From Lachnospiraceae bacterium (lineage in GTDB: Bacteria > Bacillota > Clostridia > Lachnospirales > Lachnospiraceae): a DNA stretch of 64,000 nt. Below are positions 39,535 to 48,500 of this stretch, piece after piece. The translations under genes were made by a program, and so were the position numbers. The DNA lies in NCBI GenBank assembly GCA_014803415.1, contig JAAVBZ010000023.1, positions 80,749-144,748 of the forward strand. The letters run 5' to 3'. The notes under the pieces are model-generated. The model was given only the letters and a program-made list of their open reading frames with translations, had not been told where the DNA came from and ran no database searches. The stretch's first letter is position 1. Every line of letters begins with the position of its first letter.

Positions 39535-41301
39535 ATGACGGAAATATTTAAAATGCACCAGCTGAATTATCAGGGAGTTACGCTTTTAAAGGGAATGGCC
39601 AGGAAACAGTTTGAAGAGGCATTGGACTATTTTATGAAGCTGCCCGATGATGATATACTTTACGGTTTCCGTAAAAGAGCAGGACTTGCCCATCCTGGCA
39701 GAGAGCTGGGAGGATGGTATTCAAACGACGGCAGTTTTAATATTTATGACTGGGATGAGATATTTAATACCTTCGGTCAATGGTTGAGTTTTTTTGCCAA
39801 GGCATATGCAGTTACAGATTCCAAAGAGGTGCATGGAAAGCTGAAGCACCTGATTCATGAATGGGGAAAAACACTGGAAAAGGACGGTTATTTTTTTTAT
39901 TCCTGGAATAATAATGCTCATCATTATTCTTATGAAAAAATCATGACCGGTCTGGTGGATTCTTATGCTTATGCCGGATTGGAAGAAGCAAAAGAACTGC
40001 TTTCCCAAATTACGGTATGGGCAAGAGCAAAACTTCCTGCATTCAGAAATCGGGCAGATGGAAAGCGCGCCACTTTTACAGGGGGAGAACCATCTATCCG
40101 ATGTGTGGACAATGAGTGGTATACACTTCCGGAAAATCTATACAGGGCTTATCTGGTAACAGGAGATGAGCGCTATAAGGAATTTGCGGAAAAGTGGCAC
40201 TATCATCTTTACTGGGAAAGCATGAGACAAGGCGATTCTTCATATCTTGCAGGCGTACACGGTTACAGTCATGTAAATACTTTATGTTCTGCGGCTATGG
40301 CATATCAGATGACAGGAGATAAGAAATATCTGGATACAATTGTAGGCGCCTGTGAGATATTACATAAGTATCAGCTTCTTGCAAGCGGCGGATATGCGTT
40401 TGATGAGCATATGGCGGAACGCGAGGATTCCAATTATTATGCAGTGGAAAGCATAGGAAAATCTTTTGAGGCGGCCTGTGGAGCTTATGCGGTGTTTAAG
40501 CTTACCAGATATCTCCTTATGTTTACCGGAAAAGCAGAATATGGAGACTGGGCGGAAAAGGTATTGTATAATGCTCTATTTGCAGCGCTGCCCATGATAG
40601 ATGATGATAAGAGAAGAGGCAAAACTTTTTATTATGCAGATTATCGGCTGGGAGGGGGAAGAAAGGTCTATTATGAGCACAGCTTTCCCTGCTGCAGCGG
40701 TACTTATCCTCAGGCAATGGCTGAATATCATAATATAATTTATTTTTATAATAAAGAAGAACTGTATATCAGCCAGTATCTGCCGTCAGTACTTGATATC
40801 TCTGCAGAAGACGGCAGAATGCGGGTTGAGATCAGAACCGGTTATCCGGTGGAAGAAAAGGTTAAGATTGTCTTTAAAGAGGATCTTAACAGACATCTTA
40901 AACTGCGGATTCCTTTATGGGTAAAGGATACTGAAGTGACAGTGGAAATAAATGGAGCGGCAAAAAAGTGTGAAGTGATACCGGGCGAGTGGTTGTGGAT
41001 AGACAGAAAATGGAAAAGGGAAGATTCCTTAGAAATTAAGTTCCCTATGCATTTATACACGGTTCCGATATGCAACAGTCATCCGGAAAGAGCAGCGCTT
41101 ATGTACGGACCGGTCATGCTGGCGGCAAAGGGCAGGCACAGTCAGATAAATGCAGATTTTAAAAATCCGGAAAATGATATTGAAAGGACCGAGGCTGGAC
41201 TTAGATTTGAAGCGAAAGATAAAAGTATGCAGTTTATCCCCTATTGGGAATATAAGGAAAAAGAATGGAACACTGTATATCTGGATTATCTGAAAAAGTG
41301 A
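39535..41301 (+). CDS. GH127/GH146-clan glycoside hydrolase (beta-L-arabinofuranosidase-like)
   Basis: FRKRAGL, LGGW, HGYSH, FEAAC, EKVLYN, FPCCSGT, LRIP.W, YGPVMLA. Confidence 0.85.
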   Translation: MTEIFKMHQLNYQGVTLLKGMARKQFEEALDYFMKLPDDDILYGFRKRAGLAHPGRELGGWYSNDGSFNIYDWDEIFNTFGQWLSFFAKAYAVTDSKEVHGKLKHLIHEWGKTLEKDGYFFYSWNNNAHHYSYEKIMTGLVDSYAYAGLEEAKELLSQITVWARAKLPAFRNRADGKRATFTGGEPSIRCVDNEWYTLPENLYRAYLVTGDERYKEFAEKWHYHLYWESMRQGDSSYLAGVHGYSHVNTLCSAAMAYQMTGDKKYLDTIVGACEILHKYQLLASGGYAFDEHMAEREDSNYYAVESIGKSFEAACGAYAVFKLTRYLLMFTGKAEYGDWAEKVLYNALFAALPMIDDDKRRGKTFYYADYRLGGGRKVYYEHSFPCCSGTYPQAMAEYHNIIYFYNKEELYISQYLPSVLDISAEDGRMRVEIRTGYPVEEKVKIVFKEDLNRHLKLRIPLWVKDTEVTVEINGAAKKCEVIPGEWLWIDRKWKREDSLEIKFPMHLYTVPICNSHPERAALMYGPVMLAAKGRHSQINADFKNPENDIERTEAGLRFEAKDKSMQFIPYWEYKEKEWNTVYLDYLKK

Positions 41302-41315
41302 TAGGAGGCAGATGA

Positions 41316-42314
41316 ATGAAAAAGTTAATAAATGATCCCCGAGATGTGCCTATGGAGGTGCTGGAAGGATTTGCAGCAGCTTATCAGAGTGATTATGAGC
41401 TGGTAGAGGGCGTAAAAGGAATCAGAAAAAAGAATAGAGGGAAAGGACCGGCCGTTGTAATCGGTGGCGGGAGCGGTCATGAGCCGATGTTTGCCATGTT
41501 TGTTGGTGAAAATCTGGCGGATGCGGCCGCCTGTGGAAATATTTTTGCATCTCCGGATCCCAATACCATTGTAAAAACGGCATTATCTGTAGAAAACGGA
41601 AACGGGATTTTATTTTTGTACGGTAATTATTCAGGAGACAGGTTGAATTTCGATATGGCATCAGAAATATTGGAAGATATGGGAATTCAATGCAGGAGCA
41701 TTCAGGTGTGGGATGATGTGGCATCTGCTCCGAAAGAAAGAATACAGGACAGAAGAGGGATTGCCGGTGATGTTTTTGTGATCAAAGCTGCCGGAGCAGC
41801 GGCTGGGGCAGGGAAATGTCTGGATGAGGTGTATCGGATTGCCCAAATGGCCAGAGACAATACATTCAGTGTGGGAACTGCATTGTCAGGAGGGACAATT
41901 CCGGGAGAAAAGCAAGCAATATTTACACTTCCTGATGGAGAAATAGAGTTTGGAATGGGAGTGCATGGGGAACCGGGAGTGAAAAGGATGCCGCTTTTAA
42001 CGGCAGATGCAACGCTGGATATGATGCTGGATCTTTTAGTAAAAGAGGCAGGACTTGAGGCGGGTGACAGGGTCAACTGTCTGATCAACGGACTTGGATC
42101 TACCACATTGGCAGAGCTGTACATTATGAACAGGCGTCTTGTGAAAAGGATGCAGGAATTAGAAATACAAGTACAGGATTATGATGTAAATTCATACATA
42201 ACATGTCAGGAAATGGCAGGCGTTTCATTGTCTGTCCTAAAATTAAATGATGAACTGAAAAACTATATGGATATGCCATGCAGCAGTCCGCATTATACGA
42301 AAGAAAGGAAATGA
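41316..42314 (+). CDS. dhaK: Dihydroxyacetone-kinase K subunit family (putative L-erythrulose kinase subunit)
   Basis: GGGSGHEP, GNIFASP, NYSGDRLNF, DDVASAP, RRGIAG, GMGVHGEPG. Confidence 0.9.
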   Translation: MKKLINDPRDVPMEVLEGFAAAYQSDYELVEGVKGIRKKNRGKGPAVVIGGGSGHEPMFAMFVGENLADAAACGNIFASPDPNTIVKTALSVENGNGILFLYGNYSGDRLNFDMASEILEDMGIQCRSIQVWDDVASAPKERIQDRRGIAGDVFVIKAAGAAAGAGKCLDEVYRIAQMARDNTFSVGTALSGGTIPGEKQAIFTLPDGEIEFGMGVHGEPGVKRMPLLTADATLDMMLDLLVKEAGLEAGDRVNCLINGLGSTTLAELYIMNRRLVKRMQELEIQVQDYDVNSYITCQEMAGVSLSVLKLNDELKNYMDMPCSSPHYTKERK

Positions 42315-42318
42315 AAAT

Positions 42319-43446
42319 ATGGATAGGCTATCAATAGAACAGGTGCAGGATATGCTCTTATTCACGGCACATGAATTGATCGATAAGAGGGATGAATTGA
42401 CCAGGATCGATGCGCAGATCGGGGATGGAGATCATGGTATCGGAATGGAAAACGGATTTAGAAGCCTGATCAGTGCTGTAGAGGGTCATTCTTTTGATAC
42501 TATCAATCAGCTATACCGGGAAGCGGGCATGGCCATGCTGAACTCCATGGGAGGAGCTTCAGGAGTAATATTCAGTTCTCTTTTTCTTCAGGGAGTAAAA
42601 GGAATGGAGGATTTTGACTGCATGAGAAGCAGCGAACTGGTAAGCATATGGTCGAATGGTCTTGCAAGTATTAAAAAGCGCGGCGGGGCACAAAAAGGTG
42701 ATAAAACTATGGTGGATGCTCTGGAGCCTGCAGTAGAAATTTTGCAGGCTTTAGAGAGCAGAGAGCAGGATATGACAGTTCTGATGGAAAAGGCGTCGGA
42801 AGCTGCTAAAGAAGGAATGGAAAGCACAAAGCAGTTTGGGGCAAAGTTCGGGAGAGCAAAATCACTCATGGAAAGAGCCATAGGGTATCAGGATGCAGGT
42901 GCCACCAGCACTTACTTTATAATTGATTCCATGTATAAATATCTGCTTTTGGAAGATGAGAAGCAGGAAAAGAGCAATGATGCAAAGCGGACAAGGATTG
43001 TAATAGGCTGTGATAATGCCGCTATAGATTTAAAACTCCCTATCGTGGAATTCTTAAAGGAAAAAGGCGTTATTGTGGAAGATGTGGGGTGTGATACTGT
43101 CACGGATATCACTACCTACCCCAAAATTGCTGAGAGAGTCTGCAGGAAGATACAGGAAAGCAATTATCAAAAAAGAGGAATTCTGTTATGCGGAACGGGA
43201 ATCGGAATGGCGATTACGGCAAATAAATTTAAGGGAATACGGGCCGCAGTCTGTCATGACGCTTTTTCAGCAGAAAGATCGGTTCTGAGTAATGACTGTA
43301 ATATACTCTGTATGGGAGAGCGTGTGATCGGAGTGGAGCTTGCGAAAAAGAACCTGAAGGAATGGCTGGAGCTTAAGTTTGTGCCGGGTCCCTCATCTGC
43401 CAAAATAAACGATATTTCTTTGATTGAAAGCGAGAACATGAAGTGA
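42319..43446 (+). CDS. Fusion of DhaL (DAK2) and RpiB-family sugar-phosphate isomerase (DerI/EryI-like)
   Basis: N-half IGDGDHG, MGGASG, GDKTMVDAL, GRA, DAGA; C-half IVIGCDNAA, LCGTGIGMAITANK, SAERSVLSNDCN. Confidence 0.9.
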   Translation: MDRLSIEQVQDMLLFTAHELIDKRDELTRIDAQIGDGDHGIGMENGFRSLISAVEGHSFDTINQLYREAGMAMLNSMGGASGVIFSSLFLQGVKGMEDFDCMRSSELVSIWSNGLASIKKRGGAQKGDKTMVDALEPAVEILQALESREQDMTVLMEKASEAAKEGMESTKQFGAKFGRAKSLMERAIGYQDAGATSTYFIIDSMYKYLLLEDEKQEKSNDAKRTRIVIGCDNAAIDLKLPIVEFLKEKGVIVEDVGCDTVTDITTYPKIAERVCRKIQESNYQKRGILLCGTGIGMAITANKFKGIRAAVCHDAFSAERSVLSNDCNILCMGERVIGVELAKKNLKEWLELKFVPGPSSAKINDISLIESENMK

Positions 43447-44240
43447 AAAAGCTATATATAGGAACCAATACCAAAATGTATAAGAACACAAAAGAGACGA
43501 AGGAGTATCTGCGGGAGCTGAGAACAAAGCTGCCGATGCTGCCTGGTGATCTGGAACTGTTTGTAATACCATCATTTACATCTTTGGAAGGCGCCCGCAG
43601 GGAGCTTTTGGAAAGCAATATTACTCTTGGCGCTCAAAATATGTGCTGGGAGGAAAAGGGCGCCTATACCGGGGAAATATCGCCGTTGATGCTGAAAGAA
43701 ACCGGTGTAACACTGGTGGAGATCGGTCATTCGGAAAGGCGTCATATCCTGGGGGAAACAGATGAGCAGGAAAACAAAAAGGTTCTGTGTGCAATGAGAA
43801 ATCAGCTGAAGGCGCTTCTGTGTATCGGAGAAACTAAGCAGGATAAAGAGGAAGGAAAATCAGACCAAGTGCTGGCATGTCAGCTGATAAAGGGGCTTCA
43901 AGGGATAGAAGAATCACAGGTCACTGAACTATGGGTTGCTTATGAACCTGTCTGGGCGATCGGAGAAAACGGAAAACCGCCGGAGCTTGAATATGTTAAA
44001 GAGCGTCATAATGAAATACGGAAGGTGCTTTGCAGCCTGTTTGGAAATAAAGGAAACGAAGTGCCCATACTTTACGGGGGCAGTGTAAACCGGGGTAATG
44101 CAGAAGACCTGATAAAGATAGAGGAGGTAAACGGGTTGTTCATCGGAAGAAGTGCATGGAATGCAGCAGAGTTTAAAGTGATCATTGAATCCGTTTATAA
44201 GTGTTGGAAAACAAAAAATGAGAAAAAACAGATACTATAA
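43443..44240 (+). CDS. Triosephosphate-isomerase-family protein, LerI/EryH-like (L-erythrulose-1-P isomerase)
   Basis: GTNTKM, EIGHSERR, AYEPVWAIG, YGGSVN, and GLFIGRSAW in place of canonical GxLVGGASL. Confidence 0.8.
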   Translation: MKKLYIGTNTKMYKNTKETKEYLRELRTKLPMLPGDLELFVIPSFTSLEGARRELLESNITLGAQNMCWEEKGAYTGEISPLMLKETGVTLVEIGHSERRHILGETDEQENKKVLCAMRNQLKALLCIGETKQDKEEGKSDQVLACQLIKGLQGIEESQVTELWVAYEPVWAIGENGKPPELEYVKERHNEIRKVLCSLFGNKGNEVPILYGGSVNRGNAEDLIKIEEVNGLFIGRSAWNAAEFKVIIESVYKCWKTKNEKKQIL

Positions 44241-44254
44241 TTCATATGTGAAAT
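44239..44254. promoter_or_regulatory. Second copy of candidate IclR operator
   Basis: AATTCATATGTGAAAT, 14/16 identical to 28940-28955. Confidence 0.5.
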
Positions 44255-44352
44255 TTGTTTTGCAAATATTTTGAATATCAAATATAATATAATTAAAAAT
44301 AGCAATAATTTTCCATATTAGCAGAGAAAAATGACGGATAGAAGGGGATCGT

Positions 44353-45129
44353 ATGAGTGAAGAGAATAATATTGTACCGGCAGTGAACAGATCAATAGAT
44401 ATATTGGAATATATAGCACAGGCACCGAATCCTGTTACGATTAAGGAATTGTCTGATGCGCTTGATATTCCCACAGCCTCCTGTTTCAGAATTGTGAAGA
44501 ATCTTCTTGCCAGGAAATATCTGATAGAGGACCGATATACAAAAGGCAGATATTTATATGGGTTCAGAGCCATTGAGCTGGCTGAATATGCGCTGTATAA
44601 ACTGGATTTAAGAACGATTGCAATACCATTTATGAAAACGATCGCCATGGAGCTGAATCAGGCAGTACAGTTGTCTGTTCTGGAAACAGGCGGCGTTATA
44701 TTTATAGAACAGACATTGCCCATTAATCCTATTAATGCCATGGCAAAACAATTTGTTCCCTCGCCTGTAAATGTAAGTGCCGGAGGCAAAATACTTTGTG
44801 CATATATGCCGCTTTACAAGAAAAATGATTATTTATCTCATGCAGAGCTCGCTCAATATACGGAGTATAGTATTACGGATCATGATGCTTTAATGAAGGA
44901 ACTGGAAAAGGTGGCAGAGAGGGGATATGCCCTGGATATGCAGGAATTCAGTATTGGTGTCGGCTGTATCGCAGTGCCTATTTTCAATTATACAGGCAAT
45001 TGTATAGCTGCCATCGGTATTACCGGGAGTTATCAGGAATACCAGGATCAGAAGAATATTGACCGCTTTTTTGAAATAATGAAGCATGCTGCTGATGAAA
45101 TCTCATTACAGATGGGGTACAACTATTAG
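44353..45129 (+). CDS. IclR family transcriptional regulator
   Basis: VPAVNRSIDILE HTH, SAGGKIL, GYALDMQE, GVGCIAVPI. Confidence 0.93.
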   Translation: MSEENNIVPAVNRSIDILEYIAQAPNPVTIKELSDALDIPTASCFRIVKNLLARKYLIEDRYTKGRYLYGFRAIELAEYALYKLDLRTIAIPFMKTIAMELNQAVQLSVLETGGVIFIEQTLPINPINAMAKQFVPSPVNVSAGGKILCAYMPLYKKNDYLSHAELAQYTEYSITDHDALMKELEKVAERGYALDMQEFSIGVGCIAVPIFNYTGNCIAAIGITGSYQEYQDQKNIDRFFEIMKHAADEISLQMGYNY

Positions 45130-45184
45130 TTTGACAAAGACAGCACTCCTGTGATGGCATAATGAAAAATTAAGGAGTACACAG

Positions 45185-45250
45185 ATGAACCGCAGCTTAC
45201 ATTCCCAAATGTATATGTACATGTATTATTATGGACGTATTTGCTTATAG
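45185..45250 (+). CDS. Putative leader peptide MNRSLHSQMYMYMYYYGRICL
   Basis: AAGGAG RBS; 21 codons with 5 Tyr and 3 internal Met clustered; followed by alternative hairpins and a terminator. Confidence 0.65.
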   Translation: MNRSLHSQMYMYMYYYGRICL

Positions 45251-45302
45251 CTACGCATTTAATGCACAGCTATAAGCCGATAGGTCTTATATGTCTGTGC
45301 AT
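45243..45302 (+). promoter_or_regulatory. Mutually exclusive attenuator hairpins
   Basis: GCTTATAGCT (45243-52) pairs with AGCTATAAGC (45268-77); alternatively ATGCACAG..TATAAG-CC-GATA-GG..CTTATA..CTGTGCAT (45262-45302). Confidence 0.6.
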
Positions 45303-45373
45303 AGATGAGAATGTATGTTATCTGATTTTATGATAAATTTTACCTTATTCAGTTTCAGAGGATATGCCCATTT

Positions 45374-45410
45374 ACCGCGCTGACATATAAATTTCAGAGC
45401 GGTTTTTTTT
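45374..45410 (+). terminator. Attenuator-type intrinsic terminator
   Basis: ACCGCgCTGA-N10-TCAGaGCGGT followed by T8. Confidence 0.75.
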
Positions 45411-45518
45411 GTGGGAAAAGGAGAGTTTATGAGAAGCTCAGCCACTTGCAGGGATAGGAAAGGAATGTTATTCTTTTTATAAAAGAAACTGACGCAGGAT
45501 GGGCAGAAAGGAAAATAA

Positions 45519-48500
45519 ATGTCACTGCAATTTTATTTCGGACCTTCAGGTTCCGGCAAGAGCAGAAAACTTCATATGGATATGATAGAGTGGGCCGCCA
45601 GGGAGCCTGATAAGAACTTTTTGTTTCTTGTCCCTGATCAGTTCACTATGCAGACCCAGTTCGATCTGGTAAATGCAAGCGAAAATAAGGGCATTATGAA
45701 TATTGATGTTTTAAGCTTTGGCCGCCTTGCCCACAGAATCTTTGAAGAGACAGGCTTGGGGACAGGGCAGGTACTGGACGATACGGGGAAGAGCCTGGTG
45801 CTTCGTAAAGTAGCGGCAGATATCAGTAAGGATCTGCCCATGATAGGACCCAATCTTCATAAGATCGGATATATCCATGAGGTGAAGTCTGCACTTTCGG
45901 AGTTCATGCAGTATGGGATTGCACCCGATCAGGTCAATAAACTGGCTGAATATGCAAAGGGAAGAGGGGCCTTGTATTATAAGCTGATGGATCTGCAGCT
46001 TTTATATACCGGCTTTCTTTCCTATATTAAGGATAAATTCATTACGACAGAAGAAACTCTGGAGCTTCTGACCAGAGCAGTGGAAAAGTCAGATATCATT
46101 AAGAACAGCGTGGTGGTATTTGACGGTTTTACCGGCTTTACGCCTATTCAGAACAGGCTGATACAAAGATTATTGGAATTGACCGACAGAGTCATCATTT
46201 CGATAACGATTGATATTTCAGAGGATCCTTTTGAAAATACGGGGGATCAGGAGTTGTTTCACTTAAGTAAAAAGACTGTCCGGGATCTGTGCCGGCTGGC
46301 AGAAGAGGTAAGTGTTGCAAGAAAAGAAGATGTTTACCTGAAAGAGGAGCCTCTTTACAGATTTAAAGAGAACCCGCAGCTTTCCCATCTGGAAAAACAC
46401 ATATTCCGCTACCCGATAAAACCTTATGAGAACGAAGCGGATAAGATCAGCATCATGGAGGCAATGAATCCCTCCTCAGAAGCAAGACAGGTATGCATTA
46501 AGATCAAGGAACTGGTATTATCCGGAGGGTATAGTTACCGGGATATTGCAGTTGTGGCAGGAGATTTGGAAACCTATGGAGATTATCTTGAAAGAGAAGG
46601 GATAACATATGATATTCCAATGTTTATAGACCGCACCAGGGGACTTTTGCTCAATCCTTTTATAGAATTTATCAGAAGCAGTCTTAAGATATGTCTCAGT
46701 AACTTTTCCTATGAATCAGTTTTTCATTACCTGAGAAGCGGACTGGCTGACTTTGAGAATGAAGAGATCGATCGGCTGGAAAACTACGTGCTGTCCCTTG
46801 GAATCAAAGGGAAAAAGAAGTGGAGCGAAGCTTTTACCAGAAAACCGAGGATACCTGACGAAGAGGAGCAGCTGTTATTGTTGGATAGACTGAATCGGTC
46901 AAGAGAAAAACTGATGGATCAGATAGCGCCTTTACTGGAAAAGAAGGAAACGGCCGGGGAATATGTCAGAACCTTGTATGACTTTATTGTAAAGGCCAGG
47001 GTACAGGAAAAACTGGCGGGATATGAGAATTATTTCAAGGATTGCGGCGATATGGAAAAGGCCAAAGAATATGCCCAGGTCTATCGTCTTGTGATGGAGC
47101 TTTTTGAACAGATTGAAGGACTTCTTTCAAAAGAAGAAATTTCCATGCAGGAATTTGCGGATATACTGGATGCCGGTTTTGGAGAAATTGAGATTGGAAT
47201 TATTCCGGGAGGTATCGACAGGATCGTAGTGGGAGATATGGAGAGAACAAGGCTTAAACAGGTCAGAGTTCTGTTTTTTCTGGGCGTCAATGACGGTAAT
47301 ATTCCCAGGAAGAATTCAAAAGGCGGCATTATTTCAGATATTGACAGGGAATTTTTGCAGGAGTCGGAATTTGAACTGGCGCCTACTCCGAGACAGCAAA
47401 TGTATATTCAGAGGCTGTACCTTTATATGAATATGACCAAACCCTCAGAGCAGCTGCACCTGTCTTATGCAAGAGTGAGCAGTGAAGGGAAAAGTATCCG
47501 CCCCTCTTACCTGATCGACATGATCAGGCGCCTATATCCTGGAATCGCTACGGAAAAACCAGACCTTACGCTTTCACCCATGGAACAGATCGTGGGATTA
47601 AAGGACGGACTTACTGTTCTTTCGGAGGAACTTCGCAGTTACGGCGAGGGAGGTCAAAGAAGCGGTAAGGCAGAAGAAGTGACTGCTTTGCTGCGGCTTT
47701 ATGAAAAAGATGAAAAATACCGTGAACTGGCCGGTAAGATGACTGAGGCCGCATTTATGAGATATCAGCATTCACCCTTAAGTCAGGCGGTATCCAGGGC
47801 TATTTACGGCAGTATGTTAGAGAACAGTGTAAGCCGTTTGGAGCAGTATGCAGCCTGTGCCTATTCACATTTCCTGCAATATGGTCTGATGCTGAAAGAA
47901 CGGGAAGAATACAGCTTTGAACAGGTAGATTTAGGAAATATCTACCATAGTGTATTGGATATGTTTGCAGGAAAACTTGCAGAATGCCAATATACCTGGT
48001 TTGACTTCCCGGAAGAAGAAGGAGACAGGTTATTAAAAGAGTCACTGGAAGACTGCGCTGCCGCATACGGAGAGACTATCCTATACAGTAACGCACGTTA
48101 TGAATATATGGTAGACAGAATCTTCCGCATCTTAAAAAGAACCATCAGAACCCTGAAGAGTCAGCTAAAAGGCGGTGCTTTTACACCGGCTCATTTTGAA
48201 ATGTCATTTTCCAGAGTGGAAGATCTTGAGACGGTCAATATTGCACTGACAGAGCATGAAAAAATGAAGCTCAAGGGACGGATCGACAGGATCGATACTT
48301 GTGAAGATGATGAGCACGTATATGTAAAAATTATTGATTATAAGTCAGGAAATAAGAAATTTGACCTGGCGGCGCTGTATTATGGCCTGCAATTGCAGCT
48401 CGTGGTCTATATGAATGTAGCAGCGGAAATGGAAAAGAAAAAACATCCCGATAAAGAAGTAGTACCAGCAGCTCTGCTTTATTATCATGTAGGCGATCCT

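Noticed and set aside
43443-44240. Housekeeping tpiA
   Set aside because: Motifs (NTKM, GLFIGRSAW) and context fit the LerI/EryH paralogue group; not in a gap-pgk-tpi cluster
45131-45163. TTGACA...CATAAT as a canonical sigA promoter for the leader
   Set aside because: Spacing is 21 nt; only the extended -10 (TGgCATAAT) is plausible, so the promoter was not called
45185-45410. T-box riboswitch
   Set aside because: No TGGNACC T-box motif or recognisable stem I elements
28700-45480. att-like direct or inverted repeats bounding the island
   Set aside because: No convincing shared sequence at the two edges and no integrase or transposase; the MRSS starts at both ends differ at DNA level and the left one is out of frame
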